In this document: positions 51,483 to 62,618 of the stretch, piece by piece
Layout of the letters: each line of letters starts with the position of its first letter
Numbering within the stretch: position 1 is the first letter of the stretch
DNA from: Botryllus schlosseri
Lineage: Eukaryota
Length of the DNA stretch: 64,000 nucleotides
Direction of reading: 5' to 3'
Assembly (NCBI GenBank): GCA_051294905.1
Contig: CM119371.1
Location: forward strand, 34,288,001-34,352,000
Translations under genes and position numbers: made by a program
Notes under the pieces: generated by a model
The model's database searches: none
What the model was told of the DNA's origin: nothing
The model's input: only the letters and a program-made list of their open reading frames with translations

Positions 51483-53189
51483 CAGTGATTCCCAACCGCG
51501 GCCCTGAGGGCCGCATGCGGCCCGCAGATAGCCTTGTTGCGGCCCCCACAAAATATTAAGAAATCGAGTATTGACAAAAAATAAAATTTTACATTTATGA
51601 AATTCACATACTTGGCTTGGAGTCTGTAGTTTTTAATTAGGATTGCAGGATAGTCGTAAGTAGACTACTAACGTTACGTCGCTGCTGTTTCACAGCAATG
51701 TGCCCTAACTTTCCAGTTAAACGAGCAGTAGCTATTATAGATATAGGTATAGACAGGACCATAACTGTGGCACGACACACCCTCCAATTGGGGAGGAGGC
51801 GAGCTCGAAGGGGGCTCAAAATTATTTCGTGAATAAGTATAAATTATAGAGTATTTTGTGAAAATTTGTGCATCTTTCTACTCTAGGCGTGATTTCATGC
51901 TGCCAAATATCTTGACTTATTGGTACTCATCCTCCCCAAAAAATATTTATCGAAATGGTCGTATCGGCGTTTGTCATTAATGCGCCACGAAGCACCAAGA
52001 CATATTAAGTTTTACGCCATGTAACTTGCGACTCCAAGAAGTGTGTCATAACGATTTTCAGCGAGAAAACCTTGGCCGAAAAGGAATGCCGTTATGCTGA
52101 ACGAAGCTTCGTTATATATACAAAATACTGTCTTGGCAATCTGAGCCACACAAGACACATATCATGCCGCAGGGACAAATTATATTCCAGTGAAGAAATA
52201 CCAATTTGAAATAGTGTGCGCCTATTAGTTTAGTAGCATACGTTTGGGCTATTCTATATATTTTGATATTATAGCAGACAGAAGGTTACGAAATAACATC
52301 ATGTTACGGGGTCATACCAACGGGTTCTGCAGTGTCCAAGACACCTCAGTTAGCTCTACCGGTAGATATGATTACGTGAGCAGCGAGGACAAGAAATTTA
52401 TAGCAATATATATGCAATTCCCAATAATATTGACCGATTTTATCATAAATTATCGAAAATTTTGCGCCTCGCGCTGGCTCACTGAACGGTACAGTTAATT
52501 TCGTGGTGAAAGCGAACAAGGTGATAGGGGTCGGTTTTTCACCCTATGGGAGCCCAAGACCAAAGTTTTTCTGGGGGAGGGGGGCTCACGACACGAAGTG
52601 CTCTTTCATTCCTGCCAACGGATATACGCCCGAAGATGTTTATTTATTATTGAGGGGTCCTACCTTCTTAAACACACCTCCCTCGGCTCTACCTGTAAAA
52701 CTGATTACGTGAGCAGAGAGAGGATAAAAATTGATAGCAATATACATGCGATTCCCGATCATGTTGACCGATTCAATTATGAATTACAGAAAATTTTCGC
52801 GCTTCGCGCGTTTAGGCAATAAAAGCTCACTCACTAAACGGCCCAGAAAGCAGCATAATTGGCAGTCCTACAGCTCACGACCGAAACGTCCGGATAATTT
52901 GAAAGCTACTGTCGCACTGATTCTAAAAATACGAATTGAAATCTCGCCAGGGCAATAAAACTGCTCCGAGATAGCCACTAAAGGTCAATTGTTCTGAACA
53001 ATGGGAGCGCAGCAACATAAAGACCATAACAATAGCCAATGGCTTCGAGCGATTGATGGGAACAATGCCAATTTTCATATTTTGATGACTATTTTGGGTC
53101 CTTTTCATTGCCCTGGTATTCGTGCGGCCCCGACCGTACTCTGAAATTCTAAATTTGGCCCTGACACCGAAAAAGGTTGGGAACCACTG
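51483..53189. mobile_element. hAT (Buster/Charlie-type) non-autonomous element
   Basis: TIR CAGTGATTCCCAACC/GGTTGGGAACCACTG; TSD TTGTAGAC; internal duplication ~52340-52475 vs ~52680-52810; same family as 4719-5862. Confidence 0.92.
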
Positions 53190-54264
53190 TTGTAGACTGT
53201 AGGCGATACGTCATTTCTATAGGGTCGATACGTATCGCATTTCCAATTCCAGCCTGATGAAGTCCCTTATTAGTTCCCTGGTCCGCTACCGACATATAAG
53301 GAAGTACTTCTATGTTACAGTGTGGTTTCTAACAAAGGAAATAGGCATGTTATAGTTATTACGGTTAGGTAAATTTAGCCCCACTTCCCCGATCACTGGT
53401 GACTGTGAAGAACCATAAGAAAGTAATGGTGTCTTGGCGCTACGTTTCCTCTTGCGCAGGGTATTTTTAAGCTTCTTTTTGTCAAACTTCAAAATGCAAA
53501 TGAGCTTTTGGCACAATATAGAAAGTGCAAATTTAGTTCTGGTTCCATCGATATTTTGCTACTGAGGCACTCTCTTTTCAATACCAAAATAGTAATCGCA
53601 CCACTCTTATCAAACTCCGTGGTAAAGTCCCCAACCCTAACGTCTAAACCGGCAATTTAACTTGATTGCGTCATTTTGCCAATACCGCATCTCTTTGTTG
53701 TGTCACAACAACATGCGAAGTCTATATCGGACCACGTGAAATCGATACTATAATTGTTGTTTATTGGATTCGCCGCTGTGTTTCTCAATGGACTCGTGAA
53801 AGGTATATTGCAAACAAAGATCGTATATGATCGTATATGATACTCCAACACAGAACAACCTGGCTGTAATGCAGTATTTTGATTGAGGGAAATTACCGAT
53901 TCCGTTCCCACGCTTTCTTGCGCCATGTGACTACAATGTTGATGAAATATAAAACGGACAAAGTAAATGGAAAACGTCATAGTTCTCAAACCTTCAAACC
54001 ATTTCATCAAGTCGCGATAAACATAGTCAACGTGATATTACTAGTACTTCTACCGTATTTTCAGCACGGCAAAAGATGAGATTTTGCCGGTAAATAACAC
54101 AAAAGTAGAATTGTTGCGTTTGACTTTGATGATATTCATACATTTCCCTGGTATTTACAGGCAAAAGTTACAAAAACAAAGCAAAGCGAAATTTACAAAA
54201 GCAAGTCAAATTTCGCATTTACTGCACGAATATTTCTCGATTCCCTCAACTAATGCCTGTAAGG

Positions 54265-55397
54265 CAGAGGTCTCAAACTCAAATGTGCTCGCGGGCCAGT
54301 TTTCCAGTTTTGACGACGCCGCGGGCCGCAGCATTTATAGGGGTATTCTGTCTTTCCAAGTAGGCCACAAGGCGGGGGTGAAATTTCCTATTGATAGTGA
54401 TCCAGCAGACTGACAGTAAACACACCTCTTTATAATGTGATTTACTCTTGTATCGATTTATGCCTGGCACGAAAAGAATCTTCATATTTATAACTATGTG
54501 AATAGAATTGTTATTGTACTTGATATATATTAATTTTAAGATATAGACATCATATCGGCGGACAAATGTCTGATGCAATCATAAAATGCTATCGGGTTAT
54601 AATTTTGCAGCTACTATGAATATTTTGAATTTAACAGATTGATAATAGACACTGATCTGATATCAAAACATTTTTAGGTTGAGCAATGTAATTCCAATCC
54701 AGGATTCGGGTATACTTCTGATAAGTAGGTTTTAATCCCAATGATAAATATCAAATATAAGTGCAGAAAAAATATAAATATAATATAAATATGTTAATGA
54801 GTGTGTCCTAGTCATTGAAATGTCGGAGCGCCGAACAGCCCATTGTTGGTACGTGGTTGGAGCGTACCACTACGGTACTCGGTGCCTTTAAGTGGCTAGT
54901 TAGAGAAATACCAAGCTGCGACCTTCTGATCTATTACTATTCCCCTGATACGCGATTAGTTTGCTGCGTTCATGGCTCTAACAAATTCACGGCATTCCGA
55001 GTCCACTCGAGTCATGTTCATTTTTCCATCGAGTTAGCCCGAGTCCGAGTAATTCTAAGAAAGGTCTCGTCCAAGTATAGATAACTAACTAACCTACGGA
55101 GTTTAGTTATCTATATAGTCCAAGTCCCACTAACAACTTTCAGTCACGACTCGTCTAAGGGTCAGGTTTTGTCATCATGAATTGGAAATCTGGCGAAATA
55201 GTGAATCGTCCATTGCATGGTAGCGTTTGCAATTGATGTGATAGTGTCAGGCTTTCGGAGCAATTTAAGAGGGAATTTTCCCTTTATAACCAGAAAAGAT
55301 ATATGTCACACTTAGATATTGACAAATTATTAAAAATCTAAAATGTCGTCGCGGGCCGCACAAAATGCTCTGGCGGGCCGCGTGTTTGAGATCTCTG
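54265..55397. mobile_element. hAT (Buster/Charlie-type) MITE
   Basis: TIR CAGAGGTCTCAAAC/GTTTGAGATCTCTG; TSD CTGTAAGG. Confidence 0.9.
55076..55117. mobile_element. Palindromic micro-element, third copy
   Basis: TATAGATAACTAACTAACCTACGGAGTTTAGTTATCTATATA flanked by 7-bp direct repeat GTCCAAG. Confidence 0.82.
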
Positions 55398-56070
55398 CTG
55401 TAAGGTGTAAGGAATGATCATAATTAACGAGTCCGGGAATTTGTTTACACGAAATATCATTGAACTTATATACAATCGTCAAGACGCTCCAAACTGATTC
55501 CGTCTCTTTCTTTGTATCATTGTGGCTGCATCACAGAACAACTGTGACAGATGCTGACAGAGACCGTCGAGCAACGTTTGCCATAAAAATCACGAAGGTA
55601 TAGGGCTGGTAATACGGACATTTTCTATAAATCCTTTTTAAACCAGCATTTCAGCAGGTTTCATGGCTGCATTATGTTTTTGGAAATACATGGATTTCGT
55701 CTAAAAGTATTGTGAAAAGTATCAGCGACTCACTCGAAATGCGATAAAAAGAGCACATTTGGGTATTTTGTGCATCTTCGGAGGACAGTTCACTTTTCAT
55801 GGGAAAATACCACAAATCTTCCTAAAATATGACATATGGTAGGCCTGAATACCAGTATAGTCTACTCATCGCTCATTGCTCAGTTAGCTACAGCCATGTA
55901 GAAAATCTGAATTACGTGTCGTTGTACCACGCATCCAGCAAGGACACGATGACATTTCCGGTTTCCAGTCTGCGTCTACGGTCATTGTCGTAACTTTTAG
56001 CCCTCGATCACACTCTCCAACTAAATATACCTAGGCCTATGTCAGAGAAGTTCAGCCCGTGGCACATAAC

Positions 56071-56870
56071 TAGGGCTGGACACAATCATTCGAGTACTCG
56101 AATCTGAATCGTGTATTAATTTTAATGATTCGAGTCGAGTAGTAAAAGACGATTTTTTTCGAGAACTGAAATTATACGCTCCTCGCAACTGAAAGTTAGT
56201 TTATCAACGAGAATTATAGTTTCGATACTAATCAATCAATCAATCAATCAATCAATCAGGTTTATTAACATTTTCATCGTTTCAAAACATCACAAGACTG
56301 CGATACAATGAAAAGATAGGAAGGTGTCGAAACAGCTTGGAGTAGCCATTAAGATTAGACACCCACCTTAGCCTAGGCGAAGTAAATAAGAAGCATGCAC
56401 ACTGAATGAAAAGTAATGCAGAGAATATAAGACGCAAGCGACAAAATGGGGTGGCATGTGGCGGAGGGCGAGGTCGATGTTAGGTCGTGGTCCAGTAATC
56501 CTGAAGCCTAATTTTCACTGTTGAAGTCTTGCAACCTTGATTGGCCGTATCGTAGCATACGAAACATTTAGTACGAAGCTACGAACGTTACCGGAAATAG
56601 CACATTTCCGAAGTCATGATCATTCCACAACATTGTCACCCAGTGCAATGAAATCGGTATGATAGGAAAAATACCAAAGTATATTTAATGTGATGGAAAA
56701 CAGGCATTATATTCTTTGTGCTCGCATAAAAGGTACATTTTTGAACTTTGACATATTACATTCTGTTATGAAGTCATAATGATTGATACTCGATAACTCA
56801 ACTCGAATCGAAGCATATATTGCGTGATTCAGAATCGAATCACGAAAGCACTCGATTTTGCGCAGCCCTG
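56071..56870. mobile_element. hAT-type MITE (TAGGGCTG family) interrupted by a retroelement tail
   Basis: TAGGGCTG...CAGCCCTG termini; colinear with 58101-58610 apart from a ~280-bp insertion. Confidence 0.85.
56231..56510 (-). mobile_element. 3' fragment of a non-LTR retroelement with (TGAT)7 tail
   Basis: Minus strand ends AATAAACC(TGAT)7; segment absent from the sister MITE at ~58258. Confidence 0.7.
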
Positions 56871-56901
56871 TCATAACACGTGAATTCACGTCACTCTAAA
56901 T

Positions 56902-57403
56902 CAGGGGTCACCAACCTTTTTGAAACCAAGAGCTACTTCTTGGGTGTTGAATAATGCGACGGACTACCAGACACTCCCGCCGTTAATCTGCGCTCATTCG
57001 GGCTTTATCACTTGGACATTCAGATCACTCGGCAGGATTTCCACCCCTTGCCTATAACAGAATTCCATAAAAATTTCAGTCCGCGGGACTCACACCAGCG
57101 TCTACGGGCTCAATAGCGCACTGCGCGCCGATGCGCCAATCTCCGATACGCGACTATAGGGAATATTACTTAGATTCCCGTTAAGCCTCCGCGTGGACGA
57201 AGACGAGAAACGCCCCGATCGAAAACCGCGTTCATGTGTTCCTTAGGGTCAACTGACCCGTGTTCAACTGGTGCTCATATAAAACCATTCTCCGCTTCGA
57301 CTTTCAAATCTCTCATTTGAATATTTGCTACTGCGACCGCGGGCGATTCATTTGGTTCTCGCGCGGTACCGGTAGCCCGCGGACACCGCGTCAGGGACCC
57401 CTG
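56902..57403. mobile_element. hAT MITE carrying a 28S rRNA-like fragment
   Basis: CAGGGGTC...GACCCCTG termini; TSD CTCTAAAT/CTCTATAT, with the right copy split by the next insertion. Confidence 0.85.
57241..57338 (-). pseudogene. Degenerate 28S rRNA fragment
   Basis: CTTAGGGTCAACTGACCCGTGTTCAACTG...TTCTCCGCTTCGACTTTCAAATCTCTCATTTGAATATTTGCTACT closely resembles, from recall, the reverse complement of a conserved eukaryotic LSU rRNA segment. Confidence 0.8.
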
Positions 57404-57407
57404 CTCT

Positions 57408-57999
57408 AAGGGTTTTAATGACTCGAGTCATGACTCGACTCGAGTCCGACTCGAGTCACGATTTTCTGATGACTCGACTTGACTCGAGTCATTTTCTCAA
57501 AATACGAGAATGACTCGACTCGAGTCAATCTGTGTCGTGACTCGACTTGGACTTGAGCCATTGCGTATGACTCGAACCAAGTCATATGACTCGAGACTCA
57601 GAAGGCCGAGACCGACATTTCATTGTAATTTCGAAGAATAGTAGAGTAACCACACTATTGGGATTTCGTCAATTGGTACTGGTACTTGAAAATGTGACCA
57701 GAAACGACAAAAAGTGAGGAAATTTAGTACATTATGAATTCGAACCATTCGATATCAACTAGCAGAGTTATAAGAAGTGTGTTTAACGAGACTTTAACTG
57801 GAAACTGAGCAGTCAACACAATGACTTGGACTCGGACTCGAGTCATAATACCATGACTCGGACTCGACCCTCTGATCGATGACTTGGACTCGGACTTGAC
57901 TCGGTCGCGAGTTGAAAATGACTCGACTTGACTCGAGTCAAAACTATTAAAGTGAGATTGACTTGTGACTCGGATCCTTGAGACTTGGTTACAACCTTG
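57408..57999. mobile_element. hAT-type MITE with GACTC repeats
   Basis: TSD CCTGCTCT (57400-57407, 58000-58007); imperfect termini AAGGGTTTTAA/TTACAACCTTG; GACTCGAGTC arrays. Confidence 0.85.
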
Positions 58000-58100
58000 C
58001 CTGCTCTATATCATCCCATGATCCACTCCTTCATTTGATCGATATAAAGTAAGGTAGCCTTCCACAATGAGCTATGAACACTTCGAACAATACTTGAGAC

Positions 58101-58610
58101 TAGGGCTGGGCACAATGATTCGAGTACTCGAATCTGAATCGAGTACTAATTTTATTGATTCGAGTAGAGTAGTAAAAGACAATTTTCTCGAGTACTGAAA
58201 TTATACGCTCCTCGCAACTGAAAGTTAATTTACTAACGATAATTATAGTTTCGATATTAAGTTTCATTGTGGAAGCCTTGAAACCTTGATTGGCCGTGTA
58301 GCAGCATACGAAACATAGTACAAAGCTACAAAAGTTACTGGAAATAACACATTTTCGAAGTCATGATCATCCCACAACATTGTCAAGAAGTGCAATGAAA
58401 TCGGTATAGTCGAAAAAATACCTAAGTATTTTCAATGTGACGGATAACAGGCATTATGTTCTTTGTGCTGGCCTAAAAGATTCATATTTGAACTTTGACA
58501 TAGTATATTCTGTTGTGACGTCATAATGAGTGATACTCAAATACTAGACTCGAAGCGTAATACGTGACTCAGAATCGAATCACTCAGGTACTCGATTTTG
58601 CCCAGCCCTA
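58101..58610. mobile_element. hAT-type MITE (TAGGGCTG family)
   Basis: TIR TAGGGCTGGGCA/TGCCCAGCCCTA; TSD CTTGAGAC. Confidence 0.93.
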
Positions 58611-59807
58611 CTTGAGACTATACAGGAGTCCATAGCTTTTAACAGTGCGCTGGTTCGTATGATTCGGAGCAAGTCATCAGGGTCGACTTGGGTAATGATT
58701 AGGACTGGACAAAACTGAACGACCTGACAGATTCGCTTCGCGCCGAGTCAAGGTTTCAAGGCTGCCACTGTGGGACCACGACAAAGATTCACAGTGCCAA
58801 TAGCGTTTAAATTCGTTACTCGAAATATTCGACTCTTGCTGCTCGGCTCGAATCAGAACAATTGATTCTCGAATCGTTGTGCCCATGCCTAGTAAAGACG
58901 CTTTATAAGTATAGCTCATGAACTGGGCAAGTGTGAGCACCATACAGCGAGCTAAGTATAGACAGACCATGAATCATATTTGATACATTTTGGTTGATCA
59001 AATTCCTCGGAAACTGCCTTGGCAGTCGTGAAAGCGTGAATCGCTTAGAAATGGGACTTATTTCGGCGGGCTATTGGAACACCCATCAACTGAGCCTTAA
59101 CCTAACCTTCAACGGCAAATAGACATACCTACGATGACCACTGGCCTGTGATCTTTATCAATCATATATCAAACAAATACTGCTCCAATAATAAATCATA
59201 TCGAAGCTATTTTATCTACCAAATAGCTTAGTATAGTCCATAATGTCTGACTTTCCGCCGATAAACATGAGATTCAGTATCCTAGCCCTCAATGCAGTGA
59301 CTGCATTTCATGATTGTTGAGGTAATATATTACTCTAGAATCCGATTAAAACATATTAGCCGATTCACTGCACGACTTTGTTTCTTATCGCATGTTTGTG
59401 GAAATAATTATGCAAACTGCGTACTTTTAGGTGGGTAAATATTTGAAGAACTTGAACTTGAACTTCGATAAATACTCAAACTAAATCATTCATGAACTGA
59501 ACATCAACGGACAAATACCAAAAATCATGAAATCTTTTCATTATTTACGTTTCTCATCCTGGCAACAGGAAAGACCCTGCCTCCGCACTTGCCTCCGCAA
59601 GTTGTATTATTCGTTTTTGAGGTATCTGCCTCTCTATACATTGTAAAAATTGACTCCAGATTTCCAATACCAGGTTTATTCGTAATTTTTCGGTTAAATT
59701 CTGCTGTTTGCCACGAGCAAAGTCAAACATTTCAAATCATATGATGAAGCAGAATAAAACCGGCTATGCAATGAATAGCTTGGACAACACATTTTCCGTA
59801 TTACCAC

Positions 59808-59817
59808 GGGATTCCCC
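59808..59817 (+). promoter_or_regulatory. NF-kB site, E2 copy 5
   Basis: GGGATTCCCC, exact fit to GGGRNYYYCC, 47 bp upstream of TATA; second weaker site GGAAAGACCC at 59568-59577. Confidence 0.7.
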
Positions 59818-59854
59818 AGCTCATACGACTCTTTGTTGGTAACCCTCTTCGTCC

Positions 59855-59864
59855 TATATATAAA
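59855..59864 (+). promoter_or_regulatory. TATA box, E2 copy 5
   Basis: TATATATAAA, 64 bp before the homologous ATG. Confidence 0.75.
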
Positions 59865-59918
59865 GCGTAGTTGCTGATAAGCACAATGAAACGGCCGGCA
59901 ACAAGGGTTACACGAGAG

Positions 59919-60389
59919 ATGGCTACGAAAAGGTTACAATACGAGTATAGAAAGTTCTTACAAGATCCCGGGAATCAGCCTATCAAAGCGGGGCCTATTA
60001 ATGAATCCGACTTGTATCATTGGTCAGCAACGATAGAAGGGCCTCCCGGAACTCCATTTGAGGGAGGGGTTTTTCGAATTCTCATCGAATACACAACAGA
60101 ATATCCATTCAAACCTCCTAAAATGCGATTCGACACGAAGATTTTCCATCCAAACGTCAGCAGGAGGGGTACAATATGCGTAGATATTTTGCAAGCGCAA
60201 TGGTCGCCTGCACTAACGACGGAAAAAGTACTTTTATCGATATGTTCTTTGCTTGCGTCTCCTAATCCTGACGATCCTATGGACGCCGAGAGCGCTACGT
60301 TGTACGTAGAAAATCCGACACTTTATGCGATTCGGGCGAAGCAATGGACCGATATGTATGCACGGGGTTCGCAGATTACAGTTTTCTAA
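59919..60389 (+). CDS. UBE2D-like: Ubiquitin-conjugating enzyme E2, UBE2D-like, copy 5 (156 aa, single exon)
   Basis: MATKRLQ start homologous to the other copies; in-frame upstream ATG at 59886 sits at about the expected transcription start; HPN and Cys87 intact. Confidence 0.95.
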   Translation: MATKRLQYEYRKFLQDPGNQPIKAGPINESDLYHWSATIEGPPGTPFEGGVFRILIEYTTEYPFKPPKMRFDTKIFHPNVSRRGTICVDILQAQWSPALTTEKVLLSICSLLASPNPDDPMDAESATLYVENPTLYAIRAKQWTDMYARGSQITVF

Positions 60390-62461
60390 ATGTTGTGGTA
60401 TATATATCGTGTTTCACAGTTTCATGTTTATTCATATCAGTAAGCTGTATGGAACTTGCTTATGCAATATGCATTTTCTCACACATTTTTCTTAACACTG
60501 CTTTATATGGGTTAGCTTCACTGGTAAGTCACTGTGAACACTTCAAGTTTAAATTCATATCCCTATATAATGGATGACGACTACGAATTTCAATACTTTT
60601 TCATGCCGCCAGTATTGCAACTATAGGCCATTTTCAACGATTTCAAATTTGAACTGAAATGATGAATTCACTTTTTATTGTTTTGCTATTTTCTATTTAA
60701 TTCAATGTTGTTATATGCAGATCTAATTAATCACAAAATAACTAATAATTCAATTCGTTTATAGATGGTTAACACTTTTTTTAAATTGTTCAAAAACTTT
60801 TTATCAATAAGCACTTTTTCAATCTCGTGCGGCTTCATAGAAAAATTGAGCAAAGCACGAATATTGAATCCTTTTCGCTAATCAAATCGTTGGTTTACGA
60901 TGAATATAATTTATTAGTAGGCCTACGTTTTTTCTAACTCGCAATATATTCCTTCTGGAAACTCTTTCTGTTTTCAATATGTGTGCATTGTGTATTATTT
61001 CGTTATTCGGAATAGATTTACTGCATTTTCATCCGACATTTTATAAATTCGGACATTTTTACGCCCACTTCGAAGACTTTCTATGAGATATTGATAATAA
61101 AAATACATATATTAAACAAATATTCGCAAAAATGAACGAACTCTCATGGTCTTCAAAGACCAGTCCCATTCCTTACTGAAGACAGAGCATAGCGTTTCAG
61201 TTTCATTGTAGCTTTGGTCAAATCACTTCTTTCAAAGCAGTATTCACCTGCTTGAGTACATGGAATGCCACCTTTTATCCATTTGTGTAATGCTGTTCCT
61301 ATGTTGTTATGGAAGTCTACATACTCTACAATTGCAACACACTTGTTTGTAGGATACAACACTGTTATTTTCGAACAGTCAAACGCCACAAGGCCTTATC
61401 GTGATCAACAGGGAGAAATGTGCAAAATTGAATACAATGTACTTTACAGTAGCCTACAATACAATAGCAGAGAGATTGTTGCGCAGCCGGTCACGTCACG
61501 TGCCTCTTGTTCAACACAAAAGCGTTGGTGCGTGAGTGATATGGGTGAAGGTTCACATGATTTACGCATATATATGCTTTGATCTGATTAGAGGTGTGCT
61601 GAGTGTCACAATTCGCGTCACATTTCGCGCCACGGCTGACAGTAATGAAATATTTCTCACGTGGAAAAACACGTGATTTTATCGTATTTCATTGTAAACT
61701 TTTACCTGGCTGACCGACATAGGCTACCTGTATGACACATATATAACCTGCAAATCGTATAAAACCAGAAGGTAGCGAATGGAAATACTTATGATTTCCG
61801 CGTATGTTGCTATTGTATACAGCAGTGGTCCTCAAACTTTTTCAGACACACCCCTCTTGATGATAATGATAACTTTGGCGCAGCCCTTTTTGTAATCTCG
61901 AAAAAATACTGATAAGAACATCCGGAATCTTTGCAATCCCAACGCATTGATTGATGTCATGGCATGTTATGATTGTTAAGAGACTTCTCAAATATGAAAT
62001 TCGGTCTATATACAAAGAGAAATAATTATATGGACAAGAGGTATAAATGTTCAGTTCAATTGAGTTCAATATTTTGTCAAAAATAATCATGTGGAATGGT
62101 AGTACGTAGCATATAGATATTTTAGCAATTTGGGGGTGTAATAATTCTATTACCCTACTTGAGCTTGACTCAAACGTATACCTGACCGCAAGAAAAATTA
62201 AATATCAATCGCGCAGACCACACGCCATACGGACTTGACCTTATAAGAACATATCTAATTTTTCCACATCTTTATGCCTTCCTACGCATTATGCACAGAG
62301 GCTTGACTCACAGACTATAAAAGCCTCATCCAACAGCTATACGCAATACGCATTCATCAGTTACTCTTAATTCAGAGACATATTGCGATCGCTGCAAGGT
62401 TCGGTATCAGTCAAATCTAACATCGCTGTATGGATGGCACGACGTAATGGCATATCAAAGT

Positions 62462-62618
62462 GGCTGCGACTCCGGCTCCGACTCCGACTCCACACATTTT
62501 CAATATACCGACTCCGACTCCTGAGTCTTTAAACGTACCGACTCCGACTCCGACTCCGACTCCGACTCCTGAGTCTTTAGACGTACCGACTCCGACCTCG
62601 ACTCCCGATTCCGACTCC
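62462..62618. repeat. (GACTCC)n hexamer array, probably the subterminal region of a MITE
   Basis: Repeated CCGACT units separated by two near-identical TGAGTCTTTA(A/G)ACGTA spacers. Confidence 0.75.

Noticed and set aside
53200..54100. Possible minus-strand exons or pseudogene
   Set aside because: Short hydrophobic open stretches interrupted by stops; no family recognised
57070..57338. Functional rRNA gene
   Set aside because: Short, degenerate and enclosed by MITE termini
59871..59918. N-terminal extension of E2 copy 5
   Set aside because: The TTG start is adjacent to the TATA box and ATG 59886 is at about the expected cap site; the homologous start is 59919
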